DNA from: Candidatus Onthovivens merdipullorum
GTDB taxonomy: Bacteria > Bacillota_I > Bacilli_A > RFN20 > CAG-826
Direction of reading: 5' to 3'
DNA: 64,000 bases
Assembly (NCBI GenBank): GCA_017694345.1
Contig: JADIMY010000117.1
Coordinates: 17,865 to 81,864 of the forward strand
Shown here: piece by piece, positions 19,145 to 28,846 of the stretch
Layout of the letters: every line of letters begins with the position of its first letter
How positions within the stretch are numbered: position 1 is the stretch's first letter
The notes under the pieces: generated by a model
The model's database searches: none
Told to the model about the DNA's origin: nothing
The model's input: only the letters and a program-made list of their open reading frames with translations
Translations under genes and position numbers: made by a program

Positions 19145-20911
19145 TTAAATACTTATTGTTGTTTGATTAATATCATCTATTACGAAATTTAAATGATAAT
19201 AAAAACTTTCACCATCAATTAACCTAAAGTAAATATCACCACTAATAGGATCTGTGATATTACTTCCCATATTTAAAGTCATATATGAATAATTTCTATA
19301 AAAATATAAAGGACCATCGCTAGTATACATCTTAGGAGAACTTACTCCTTCTAAGGTATGGTATAAAAGTACTAACGCTAATGAATCATTATAAGAAGTC
19401 ACTCGATATTCATTTTCACCAATTACTTCATATACTGGATATCTCCAAGTAGAAGGATTAAACAAAGCATTTGGTCGATAAGTTGCACCTAAATATGTCG
19501 AATTTTGCCAATTGCTAATCACATTTCCACTTTCATAATCTGTATCGTATTGGTCTATCAATGTATAAGTACCACTATCACCATTATAGATATTTGGTCT
19601 AGACCCAGGTTGATCTAAAATAATTGCATTATCAAAATCATATCGATCATCAATAAAGCTAAAGTTATTACTCATAAAGCCATCACTTGTCACTTTTATC
19701 ACCATATTATCTAAAGTAGGGACATAACCTAAATAAAGCTCATCAGGAGTAATCTCTTCTCCACTTAAATCTTCATATCTGCCGTTTGTGGTAATTGTAT
19801 AGCTATTAATACCAGTAATTCTATTTTCTAAACTAGATGTACTAGTTAATGTTTCTACTGGTGCGTTATTAACAAAATTTTCAACTGGATCGATACTTGT
19901 TTGATTTACATCAGCTAATTTATAAGGTCCTTCTAAAATCGAATTACCACCTGAAACTTGACTAATAACATAAATATTTAATCCATCATTTTCAACGACA
20001 GGAGATAAATAAACACTAAAGAAAGTAGTGTCGTTTACAGTATGTTGATAAGTTAAACCAAGAGCATTAAGTGTAGCTCTAAAGATACTACTAGTTTCAG
20101 TAATATAAGGAATTCCATAAGCGTATTCATCTCCAAAAACTTCAGCGATTGAAGAATCATAAAGCATTGTTTCACTATTAAAACAATCATTTAAATCAGG
20201 GTAGCTACTATTAAAACTAGCTTGATCAAGCTCTGCACCGCTTTCATTCATAAAAGGAATAAAAGAATCAGGATCTTCTACACTATTTAATTGATAGTAA
20301 TACCCTTCTTTATTAGTACCATTAATTGCTACGCCCATTAAATTAGTAGGACTATAAAAATAATTATCACCTCGATAAAAAATAGGAGTTTCTTCGCTTA
20401 CGTGATTAATAAAATTTTCATCCATCGTAAAGCTTTGATTAACGGTATAATTACTTATATCGTGTGTTTCAAAATACTTATTAACACTACTTGTTACATC
20501 GTTATCTTTAACTTCTAAAAGGAAATAATTAGTTACTCCATTACTAGTAATTTTTAATACTAAAGTACCAGCTCTAGTAAAAGTTATCTCATGAGGTTTT
20601 TCAATTGTTACTCCACTAGGAATAGTATATTGACTTAAAACATCAGGATTAGAATAAACTTCATAGGTAAAATCTAAATCTTCTTTTTCTATACTGGTTT
20701 CATTACTTCCAGGAACAATTTTTACTACTTCATCTAGCTTTAAAGTATCGCCAACTTTTAAATCATCGATTCCCTCTAAAGAAATAGTTCTAGTTTGATT
20801 ATTGATAACGGGTGTTTCACCTTGGTTTTTATTATCTTCACTACAAGAATATAATCCTATACTTAAAGTTGATAAGGCTAAAACAATTAAGCTTTTTCTT
20901 TTAATTTTCAT
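19145..20911 (-). CDS. surface lipoprotein (Ig-like N-domain, Y/N/S/T-rich body)
   Basis: The lipobox is GLYSC. I chose the third in-frame ATG (MKIKRK), which has a perfect GAGGAGG 9 nt upstream. The start overlaps the upstream gene end by 11 nt. Confidence 0.65.
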   Translation of the reverse strand: MKIKRKSLIVLALSTLSIGLYSCSEDNKNQGETPVINNQTRTISLEGIDDLKVGDTLKLDEVVKIVPGSNETSIEKEDLDFTYEVYSNPDVLSQYTIPSGVTIEKPHEITFTRAGTLVLKITSNGVTNYFLLEVKDNDVTSSVNKYFETHDISNYTVNQSFTMDENFINHVSEETPIFYRGDNYFYSPTNLMGVAINGTNKEGYYYQLNSVEDPDSFIPFMNESGAELDQASFNSSYPDLNDCFNSETMLYDSSIAEVFGDEYAYGIPYITETSSIFRATLNALGLTYQHTVNDTTFFSVYLSPVVENDGLNIYVISQVSGGNSILEGPYKLADVNQTSIDPVENFVNNAPVETLTSTSSLENRITGINSYTITTNGRYEDLSGEEITPDELYLGYVPTLDNMVIKVTSDGFMSNNFSFIDDRYDFDNAIILDQPGSRPNIYNGDSGTYTLIDQYDTDYESGNVISNWQNSTYLGATYRPNALFNPSTWRYPVYEVIGENEYRVTSYNDSLALVLLYHTLEGVSSPKMYTSDGPLYFYRNYSYMTLNMGSNITDPISGDIYFRLIDGESFYYHLNFVIDDINQTTISI

Positions 20912-22709
20912 TTCCATATACCTCCTCATATTGAGTAAGTAAACTTTCTTTTATTTCACTTAAATCAGTTACTCCGATGTCACTAACAGTCGTTTCTAAA
21001 GTTAACCAATAATTTTTGCTTAACATATCATCGATACTAGGAGTAAATAAATATCCTGTTCTAATTATTAATTCTTCTAAAATTCCACTATCATCGTAAT
21101 GACTTTCAAATTCGACGTAAGCATCACCTGAATTGTCAGCAATCGTAGTTAAAGGTACTTGTGATCCATATTGAAAGTGAAAACCAAATCCAACACTTCC
21201 ACTAATAATTGAATTGTTATTACTAATATTATTAGTTAAGTGATAAGTGACAACTTTTCCATCGCTACTCACTGTTTTACTAGGATAAGAATTATTTAAA
21301 TAGCTGACATTAAAAGCTAAAGTAGGTAAATAGCAACCCATATTGTCATAACTCCACCAATTAGCAAATGAATAGTCGTATGGATATTGAACATATTCTT
21401 CAAGTAATTCATAATTTCCATCATTTAATGGTGAATTATAACGATATGTTTTATTATCAATATTGATAAGTCCACCAGGAATTATATTATCTGTTCCAGG
21501 AGTACCACTAAAGTTATCGTTAAAAACTATATCTTTATTAATCTTTTTAACTTTACTTCTTCTATATCTAGATCCAAAGACAACATTATATTCGGCACTG
21601 CCTTTAGATAATTCAACTCCTTCTTCATCAATAACTCTAGGTACACAGGTTACAGTGTAATTCATAACTTCTGTTAAATACCTGAGATCTTCTTGTAAGG
21701 AAGTTGTATCTTCTTTTGGCGGAGCTATAAAACTTGCTACATAATTATCTAAAGTTTCTACTTTAGTTTCATTAACTCCACTTAATCTAATTTCATTAGT
21801 ATATGCGTAATAACTTAAATCACTTGTCGTATAGATTGGTAAAAAATATAGATAATCTCCGACTAAACTTACCATTATAGAATAAGGAATATAAGTGTAA
21901 CCACCCATCGAAAACTGGGCGTATTGAGCACCAACATCGTTAAATAATGCTGGGGTGTAAGTTGAATATACTGCCATATAATGGTATTTACTAAATTGAG
22001 GTAAGTTAGGGTCATTACTAAATAAAGTCGTAAATGACCATAAATCACCTTTAGCATAAAAATTTAAATCCGTATAAGTTTCTTTAAAAGTTGCTTTATC
22101 AGTTACTGGAGGAACAGTGACTTCTAATTCATCATTATCTAAAGTAAAGTTATAAACATTATCATCTAAACTCGATAAGATATAACCTAATCCATTAGTT
22201 TCATCATAAACATAATTGCTAGATCTATAGACAGTTTGAGCTACTATTTGATTACCTTGACTATCTCTATCTAGAACTTCTAGTTTATAGTTATCAGTTA
22301 TTGATGCTAATTTATCTTGAATATTGCTAAATTCTTTTGATTCACCAACTTCTAAAGTTAAAGTAGTTTTATCACCATTACTCGCTTCTAAAAGCAAAAC
22401 AACATTGCCAACATTTGCTAATACAAGTGTATTTGAGTTCCCATTACCTCCTTCAATGTAACTTGTAACACCAGATTCATCACCACTTAATACATACGAT
22501 TTAAATGTTAATTCTTCTTGTGTTTCATCTTTATATCCGATGTATTCATCTAATTTAATATCCATTCCTCGTTCTAGATTATCTAATGAATTTTTCATAT
22601 AGAATCCAGTTTCAACTTGGTTTTCTACTATTGCTTCATTAGAATCACAACTAGAAACTAAGAATGTAGATAATGCAATAAATGACAAAAACAATTTTCC
22701 TTTTTTCAT
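20901..22709 (-). CDS. surface lipoprotein, paralogue-like of 19145..20911
   Basis: The lipobox is LVSSC (MKKGKLFLSFIALSTFLVSSC), with GGGGGAA upstream. It has an Ig-like N-domain and a composition similar to the neighbouring lipoprotein. Confidence 0.65.
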   Translation of the reverse strand: MKKGKLFLSFIALSTFLVSSCDSNEAIVENQVETGFYMKNSLDNLERGMDIKLDEYIGYKDETQEELTFKSYVLSGDESGVTSYIEGGNGNSNTLVLANVGNVVLLLEASNGDKTTLTLEVGESKEFSNIQDKLASITDNYKLEVLDRDSQGNQIVAQTVYRSSNYVYDETNGLGYILSSLDDNVYNFTLDNDELEVTVPPVTDKATFKETYTDLNFYAKGDLWSFTTLFSNDPNLPQFSKYHYMAVYSTYTPALFNDVGAQYAQFSMGGYTYIPYSIMVSLVGDYLYFLPIYTTSDLSYYAYTNEIRLSGVNETKVETLDNYVASFIAPPKEDTTSLQEDLRYLTEVMNYTVTCVPRVIDEEGVELSKGSAEYNVVFGSRYRRSKVKKINKDIVFNDNFSGTPGTDNIIPGGLINIDNKTYRYNSPLNDGNYELLEEYVQYPYDYSFANWWSYDNMGCYLPTLAFNVSYLNNSYPSKTVSSDGKVVTYHLTNNISNNNSIISGSVGFGFHFQYGSQVPLTTIADNSGDAYVEFESHYDDSGILEELIIRTGYLFTPSIDDMLSKNYWLTLETTVSDIGVTDLSEIKESLLTQYEEVYGNEN

Positions 22710-22959
22710 CTACTTTTCCCCCATCGCCAAAATTATTTTATTAATTGTCTTTCTTAAATTAAATTTAAAAATTGCATTAATTTTTCATTAATAAAAAAAA
22801 TAAAAAACGGATGTAATCATAATATTTACAAAAAGTAAAATTTGATTTTTAATTAAAATAAAAGCTTATCAATTGACTTTAATAACTAAATATATACTAG
22901 AAATCGACTAGTCTAGTACCATCTTTTAATTCAAAGTCAACTTATTTTAATAATCTTAA

Positions 22960-22979
22960 AAATATTGAATGCAATATTT
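22960..22979. promoter_or_regulatory. 8-bp inverted repeat AAATATTG-aatg-CAATATTT upstream of rnj
   Basis: This is a perfect dyad 25 bp upstream of the predicted -35 box and could be an operator. Confidence 0.25.
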
Positions 22980-23003
22980 TTAAGTTCCTATCTAAAAAAT
23001 TTG

Positions 23004-23032
23004 TTGTTTAAGTATTTCTTTTTTTATATAAT
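23004..23032 (+). promoter_or_regulatory. putative sigma-70-type promoter of rnj
   Basis: A TTGTTT box lies 17 bp upstream of TATAAT, followed by GGAGGTG and the ATG at 23080. Confidence 0.35.
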
Positions 23033-23079
23033 CTAGTTGCTTTTAAAAACATATGTTATGGAGGTGATTTTTATTAATT

Positions 23080-24762
23080 ATGAAAATAGCAAATAATCCT
23101 ATTCGAGTTTATGCCCTAGGAGGTCTAGGTGAAGTTGGTAAAAACACCTACTGCATTGAAAGCGAAAAAAATTTAATTATCATTGATGCCGGCGTTAAAT
23201 TTCCAGAAGATGATTTAGTTGGCGTTGATTATGTTATCCCTAATTATCAACATTTAAAAAATAATCAAAATAAAATTAGAGGATTATTTATAACTCATGG
23301 TCACGAGGATCATATTGGAGCTATTCCTTTTTTAGTTAAAGCTGTAAAAATTCCTGTAATTTATGCTCCAAAACTTGCCTGTGCTTTAATAAGACAAAAA
23401 TTAGAAGAAAAAAGAGTTAAAGAAAAAATAAACCTAGTTGAATACGATGAAAACAGTGTAATCACTGCTGGTGAATTCAAGGTAAGTTTTTTTAGAGTAA
23501 CTCATTCAATTCCTGATTCATTTGGAATTTGTATTGACACAAGTGAAGGTCGAATCGTAACAACTGGTGATTTTAAAATTGATTTAACTCCTGTTGGACC
23601 TGATATTCAACTTGCAAAAATTGCCGATATTGGAGAAAGTGGCGTAGATTTATTACTTGCAGATTCAACTAATGCTGAAAAACCTGGTTGGACACCTAGT
23701 GAAAAAAATGTCATTCACTCAATAAATGAAATCTTTGATAAAGCACCTGGTAGATTAATCATTTCGACATTTAGTTCAAATATTTCGCGTATTCAACAAA
23801 TTATTCAAGCTACTATTTCTCATCATAAAAAAATAGTAATTGTTGGTCGAAGTATGGTTAATACTATCGAATATGCTAGAAAATTTGGTTATATAAAAAT
23901 TCCTTCAAGCATATTAAAAACTGTTGATAACATCGAAGATCTTAGAGAAAGCGAAACAGTAATTTTGTGTACCGGAAGTCAAGGTGAACCAATGGCTGCT
24001 TTAAGTAGAATTGCTAATGGAACATTTAAAAATTTACATATTATCCCTGGTGACACTGTTGTCTTCTCTAGTTCACAAATTCCTGGAAATGGCGGAAGCA
24101 TTAATAGAGTTGTTAACTTATTAACGAGAATGGGAGCTGATGTTATAACTAATAGTGTTTTTAGAGAAATTCACTCTTCAGGTCACCCTTCGCAAAAAGA
24201 ACTTCAATTAAATTTAAAATTATTTAATCCAAAATATTTTATGCCAGTCCATGGTGAATACCATATGCTTAAACTTCATGGCGATATTGCTAAAAGTATT
24301 GGTATCCCTCAGGAAAATATCTTTATCTGTGCAAATGGTGATACTTTAGTCTTAGAAAATCATCACATTCACGACGGAGAAAGAATTCAAGCAGATGATG
24401 TTTATATTGATGGTAACGATATAAATGGAGTTAGTACTGCTGTTATTAGAGACCGTAAAATCTTACAAGAAGATGGAATGGTTAGCGTACTTGTTTGTTT
24501 AGATAGTAAGACTAATGATTTAAAAATTTACCCTAAAGTTATAACTGCTGGATTTGTTAATTATGGTAGTGGGGAAGAACATCTAACTCGTCACGCTTCA
24601 ATTCAAGTTTATGATGCTATCAATGAAGCACTAAGAAATGGAAGAGTTACTTTTGGAGATATCAAAAATATTATTCGAAGTGTCGTAGGTAAATATTTCT
24701 ATCGTAAGACACAACGTAATCCAATGATTATTCCTTTAGTGATGAATGTTAATAAAATATGA
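23080..24762 (+). CDS. rnj: ribonuclease J
   Basis: It has a metallo-beta-lactamase domain (HGHEDHIGAIPF) plus a beta-CASP domain and is 560 aa. Confidence 0.9.
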   Translation: MKIANNPIRVYALGGLGEVGKNTYCIESEKNLIIIDAGVKFPEDDLVGVDYVIPNYQHLKNNQNKIRGLFITHGHEDHIGAIPFLVKAVKIPVIYAPKLACALIRQKLEEKRVKEKINLVEYDENSVITAGEFKVSFFRVTHSIPDSFGICIDTSEGRIVTTGDFKIDLTPVGPDIQLAKIADIGESGVDLLLADSTNAEKPGWTPSEKNVIHSINEIFDKAPGRLIISTFSSNISRIQQIIQATISHHKKIVIVGRSMVNTIEYARKFGYIKIPSSILKTVDNIEDLRESETVILCTGSQGEPMAALSRIANGTFKNLHIIPGDTVVFSSSQIPGNGGSINRVVNLLTRMGADVITNSVFREIHSSGHPSQKELQLNLKLFNPKYFMPVHGEYHMLKLHGDIAKSIGIPQENIFICANGDTLVLENHHIHDGERIQADDVYIDGNDINGVSTAVIRDRKILQEDGMVSVLVCLDSKTNDLKIYPKVITAGFVNYGSGEEHLTRHASIQVYDAINEALRNGRVTFGDIKNIIRSVVGKYFYRKTQRNPMIIPLVMNVNKI

Positions 24763-25319
24763 TTATTTTAGCTAGTTCATCACCACGAAGAATTGAGTTA
24801 TTAAAATCTTTAAATGTTGATTTTCAAATAGTTAAACCAACATTTAACGAATCTTTAATTTCTAAAAATAAAAAACATTACGCTTTGCTTGAAGCTAAAA
24901 ATAAGATCTTTTCTATCAAAAACCCTGCAAATCTCAAAGATTTTATCATTTCTTCTGATACAATAGTTGTCTATAAGAATAAGATCTATGGTAAACCAAA
25001 AGATTTAAATGAGGCATTCAGTTATTTAAAAACTTTAACAGGTCGCACTCATAAAGTTATAACTGGAGTTGTAATTTACTACAAAAATAAACTTTATCTT
25101 AAGGAAATAAAATCTAAAGTTAAATTTAATAAATTAAGTGATAACGAAATAAATACTTACTTAAAAGAAGTAAATGTTTTAGATAAAGCTGGAGCATATG
25201 CTGTTCAAAATAAATCTAGTATAAGTCTAATTAAAAAAATAAAGGGAAGTTACACCAATGTTATGGGCTTCCCTTTAGAATATATAAAAGAGATGTTAAA
25301 AGAATTTAATTTTCTCTAA
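24759..25319 (+). CDS. maf: Maf-family nucleoside triphosphate pyrophosphatase
   Basis: The 186-aa ORF has the N-terminal ILASSSPRR signature and overlaps the rnj stop by 4 nt. Confidence 0.85.
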   Translation: MIILASSSPRRIELLKSLNVDFQIVKPTFNESLISKNKKHYALLEAKNKIFSIKNPANLKDFIISSDTIVVYKNKIYGKPKDLNEAFSYLKTLTGRTHKVITGVVIYYKNKLYLKEIKSKVKFNKLSDNEINTYLKEVNVLDKAGAYAVQNKSSISLIKKIKGSYTNVMGFPLEYIKEMLKEFNFL

Positions 25320-26085
25320 TAAAACTATCATTTAATCTATTGATATAAGAAGTTTCTTCATTTTTTAAAATTCTAATTGTTTTATTACTTAAAGTTATTT
25401 CAATTTCACCATTAAAATTATTCACTAAATAATAGTAATTATCATAAAAAATATTAAAGGTTGAAGAAGAAAAATCATCTAATAAAATAACACTATCTTT
25501 ATCTAAAATTAGAGGACTATTTAACGATGAATAAATTCGATTATTAATTGGAGTTTTTTCACACATTTCAATGATTTCTAAGTTACTTGAAACTAAAGCA
25601 CCTCTTAGACCCCTAGTTATACCACTACTTCCTAAACTAGTTGAAAAACAAATGCCATCCGCATTTGGTTTTTCTAAATAATCGTCATTTATTGAAACAT
25701 TAAAATTTAAAGAATTACCATTTATTGCTTCAATTCTAATTTCATTAAGAGCATAAAAAGATTTATCACTAAATCTACACCTTAAAAGTCTTACTTCTTT
25801 TTCTAAATAATTTTGATTTATTAATTTTTCTATTACATCTTTAAAATTATCTAAAGTAAATTCACACAAAAAACCAAGTTTTCCTTCATTAAATCCAATA
25901 AATAATGGATTAACATTACCATAAGAATGGATGGTTCTTAAAAAAGTGCCATCTCCCCCTAAAGAAAAAACAATTTCTGGATTATCTTCGTCGATTTCAA
26001 ATCCATTTTCCATTAATATATCAATTAATTCATCTTTTAACTTAAGACATTTAGGAGTACTTTTACTCGTTATATAAAATCTCAT
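25306..26085 (-). CDS. nadK: NAD kinase
   Basis: It has the GGDGTFL and NEGKLGFL motifs and is 259 aa. Confidence 0.85.
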   Translation of the reverse strand: MRFYITSKSTPKCLKLKDELIDILMENGFEIDEDNPEIVFSLGGDGTFLRTIHSYGNVNPLFIGFNEGKLGFLCEFTLDNFKDVIEKLINQNYLEKEVRLLRCRFSDKSFYALNEIRIEAINGNSLNFNVSINDDYLEKPNADGICFSTSLGSSGITRGLRGALVSSNLEIIEMCEKTPINNRIYSSLNSPLILDKDSVILLDDFSSSTFNIFYDNYYYLVNNFNGEIEITLSNKTIRILKNEETSYINRLNDSFIREN

Positions 26086-26149
26086 TTTGCTTAACCTTTA
26101 AAAAACTACTTAATTATTGTATCATAATAAAAACGAGGAATTAATAAAA

Positions 26150-26731
26150 ATGGCAACAAATATTGAAATTGAAGCAAAAGTATTAATTAGTGAACAAGAT
26201 TATAAAAGAGTAATCAAGTTTTATTCAAAAGAGAACGCAAATAAAATTAAACAAGTTAATTACTATATCGATACCGATAGTCTATATTTAAAAAAATATG
26301 GCATAGGTTTAAGAATAAGAGAAAAAGGTTATTATGTTTTAACTTTAAAAGCTCCAATGGGTGAAGGATTACTAGAGAAAAAAGAATCTATTACTGAAAA
26401 ACAATTTTTAGACTTTAAAGATAAAAATATTTTCCCTAATGGTGATGTTAAAAATTTCTTAATGATGCTTGGCGTTGATATTTCTAAATTAAAAATTCAA
26501 ACAAAATTAGTAACTGATCGTATTGAAATCGATAATTATGCTAGTGGTGAAGTTTTTTCAATCGATAAAAATACATATAATGGCATTGTAGATTACGAGC
26601 TTGAAATGGAAGGTGAATCCTTAGAAAGAGCTAAAGCTGCTTTAAAAGCTAGATGCGAAGAATTAAATATCGAATATAAAGATAATGAAAAATCTAAACA
26701 AGTTCGCGCAATGAATACTATTAAAAAATAG
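26150..26731 (+). CDS. CYTH-domain protein (YjbK-like triphosphatase)
   Basis: It has an EIEAK start motif. The ATG at 26150 has ACGAGGAA upstream, whereas the track's TTG at 26117 lacks an RBS. It neighbours nadK as in B. subtilis. Confidence 0.7.
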   Translation: MATNIEIEAKVLISEQDYKRVIKFYSKENANKIKQVNYYIDTDSLYLKKYGIGLRIREKGYYVLTLKAPMGEGLLEKKESITEKQFLDFKDKNIFPNGDVKNFLMMLGVDISKLKIQTKLVTDRIEIDNYASGEVFSIDKNTYNGIVDYELEMEGESLERAKAALKARCEELNIEYKDNEKSKQVRAMNTIKK

Positions 26732-26756
26732 TTTAAATTAGTCTTTAATTAGTAAC

Positions 26757-26790
26757 AAAAAAGCGCCTAGAATAATCTGAGAGGCGTTTT
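26757..26790. terminator. probable bidirectional terminator between convergent genes
   Basis: The sequence AAAAAGCGCCT...AGGCGTTTTTATTTTT forms a GC stem with a T-run. Confidence 0.45.
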
Positions 26791-26827
26791 TATTTTTAAA
26801 AATATATGATTTTTAAAGGCTTTTTAA

Positions 26828-27295
26828 CTATTTAGAAGAGTTTTCTTTTAAAAAATCTTCATAATCTTTTTTACATTCAGGACAATTTTCACAGCTTTCA
26901 TTATCTAAAGAATGACGTAAACAAGCACTTCTAGCTACTCTTCTTGCTGCTGGGATAAACGATCTTATTTCCTCTTCATTATAACCTACTTGAATTTTTG
27001 TATCGTCAACCATAATTGGTCTTTTTAAGCAAGATGGATTTTGTTGAATAAACCTAATAAGTTCATTTACACTCATCGAATCGATATCAATTTTCCCTTC
27101 TTTTATGATATTACTTCTAGTTGAAATAATATCATCGGTTCCATTTTCGCTTTTAGCGAGAATTTCTTTTAATTCAGTTGGATTTAATACTGAAGAAAAT
27201 ATATTTTTTTCAACATAAGGTATATGTTGTTCATCAAACCATTTTTTTACTTTTTTACAGCTACTACAACTTGGAGAAGTATATATTTTTACCAT
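26828..27295 (-). CDS. spx: Spx/MgsR-family global regulator (ArsC fold) with Cys-rich C-terminal extension
   Basis: The N-terminal 115 aa align with B. subtilis Spx (MVKIYTSPSCSSCKK...GTDDIISTRS...RPIMVDDTKIQVGYNEEEIRSF). About 40 extra residues carry the pattern C-x9-C-x2-C-x2-C. Confidence 0.8.
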   Translation of the reverse strand: MVKIYTSPSCSSCKKVKKWFDEQHIPYVEKNIFSSVLNPTELKEILAKSENGTDDIISTRSNIIKEGKIDIDSMSVNELIRFIQQNPSCLKRPIMVDDTKIQVGYNEEEIRSFIPAARRVARSACLRHSLDNESCENCPECKKDYEDFLKENSSK

Positions 27296-27349
27296 AAGTC
27301 ACCTCCTAAATCATTATATTATAAATTAAATTTAAAAAAATAATAGTCG

Positions 27350-27994
27350 TTATTTAATATAGTTTAGTATCTCAGCAAAGTTAGTAATATGATTGCATAT
27401 TATCTTATCTAAATCTTCTTTTTTAGCATAACCATACTCACAAAAACACATATCCATTTTTATATTAATACTTGTTAAAAAATCGGTATAACTATCTCCC
27501 ACATATAGTCCATTAATTGGGACTAATTCAAGTTTATTTAAAATTAGTTTTAATAATTGGACATCAGGTTTAGGAGGATAGTTGTCATCTTGCCCTTGAA
27601 TATAATCAAAATTAATCATTGATAATTTACTTGATATTAATTTTTGTAAGATGTGATTTGGTTTATTTGAATAAATTATTAATTTTTTATCCTGTGACTT
27701 TAATCTTTTTAAAGTTTCAATAACATTTAAGAATGGTTCGCTATTATATTGGTCTTTTTCATATAATTTTAAAAAATCCTGATATTCTTTTTCACTATTT
27801 TCATCAAATTCTGTTTTCTTAATTATTGATAAAAAAAGTTTCTTAGCACCATTTCCAATAAAATTTTTGACTTCTTCTTTAGTATAGTGATATGGATAAT
27901 TGAATTTAAGTAAAAAATCATTACTAGTTTTAGTAAGTCCATTTAATGTATCAATAAGAGTTCCATCAAGATCAAATACAACAAAATGTTTCAT
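27350..27994 (-). CDS. HAD-superfamily hydrolase (phosphatase)
   Basis: It has motif I (VVFDLDGTLIDT) and motif IV (GDSYTD) and is 214 aa. Confidence 0.7.
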   Translation of the reverse strand: MKHFVVFDLDGTLIDTLNGLTKTSNDFLLKFNYPYHYTKEEVKNFIGNGAKKLFLSIIKKTEFDENSEKEYQDFLKLYEKDQYNSEPFLNVIETLKRLKSQDKKLIIYSNKPNHILQKLISSKLSMINFDYIQGQDDNYPPKPDVQLLKLILNKLELVPINGLYVGDSYTDFLTSINIKMDMCFCEYGYAKKEDLDKIICNHITNFAEILNYIK

Positions 27995-28071
27995 AAATTT
28001 ATTTTAATTCAATCTAATGTTTTAATAAATAGTGACTTTATATTGATTTCTAAATATTCTAATATTTTTCT

Positions 28072-28099
28072 AACAACCTTGCAAAACTCAATTATTTTT
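28072..28099 (+). repeat. copy a of the ~30-bp intergenic motif
   Basis: The sequence AACAACCTTGCAAAACTCAATTATTTTT ends at the stop codon of the gene at 28098. Confidence 0.55.
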
Positions 28100-28808
28100 A
28101 CATTTTTCCGAGTTCGTTACATCGATTTAATAGTATTTTTGCTATTTCATCTTTGTCTTCACTAAGTTTTATTAGTTCACTATATTTAATAGGTTTATCA
28201 AAAATATACTTTCTTTTTCTTCTATTTAAATAAGCAACATAAATATCTAAATCTAATCCTCTTTTATAACAATATTCAGCTAAAACTAAAAAACCATTAT
28301 AAAAATGAGTTAGCTTAGTAAAATAACCTTTTGAAGAATCTTCAGGAAAAATAACTAAGTTTTCCTTATGGATTGTTAGAGCTTCATAACTTTCTTTAAT
28401 AGTTTTAACAAAACCAATGCCTTGATATGTTGATATTAAATTTAATCCTTTATAAAAAGAATGCACTAAAGGTGCGGCGATTAAACAAAATGCTTTAGCT
28501 AAATATTTATTCCAGTGTTTCTTTTGATAATAATAGGTTGTACTTAAATATTTATAAACATCTTTTAAAGAACCATTCATCTCATAAGTTCCAAGTAATC
28601 TAACCTGGATTGGACTATATAACTCTAACCTTAATGGACCACTAGATCCCGAATGATTAGACAAAATTAAACTAGATTCTTTAAATGGTTCACCTAAAAA
28701 TATAAATTCTGGTTTTTTAATGGCAATTTTTGTAATCCATTTCAAAAATTTATATGTTTTAGTAGGCTTTATTTCTTTTCTACTTTTTATTAAATTTTCG
28801 TTTTCCAT
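28098..28808 (-). CDS. putative lysophospholipid acyltransferase-like protein
   Basis: The 236-aa ORF has an LPLAT-like motif I remnant (SNHSGSSGP) and a motif III-like FPEDSSKG. The assignment is tentative. Confidence 0.4.
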   Translation of the reverse strand: MENENLIKSRKEIKPTKTYKFLKWITKIAIKKPEFIFLGEPFKESSLILSNHSGSSGPLRLELYSPIQVRLLGTYEMNGSLKDVYKYLSTTYYYQKKHWNKYLAKAFCLIAAPLVHSFYKGLNLISTYQGIGFVKTIKESYEALTIHKENLVIFPEDSSKGYFTKLTHFYNGFLVLAEYCYKRGLDLDIYVAYLNRRKRKYIFDKPIKYSELIKLSEDKDEIAKILLNRCNELGKM

Positions 28809-28846
28809 CGATAGAATTATATAGAACTAATCGTGTAAAATAAACA

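Noticed and set aside
28072-28099. The 30-bp motif as a promoter or as a rho-independent terminator.
   Set aside because: It has no -10 box at consistent spacing from its TTGCAA segment. It has no internal dyad symmetry, and genuine hairpin terminators are separate elements next to copies d and h. It occurs in both orientations relative to genes.
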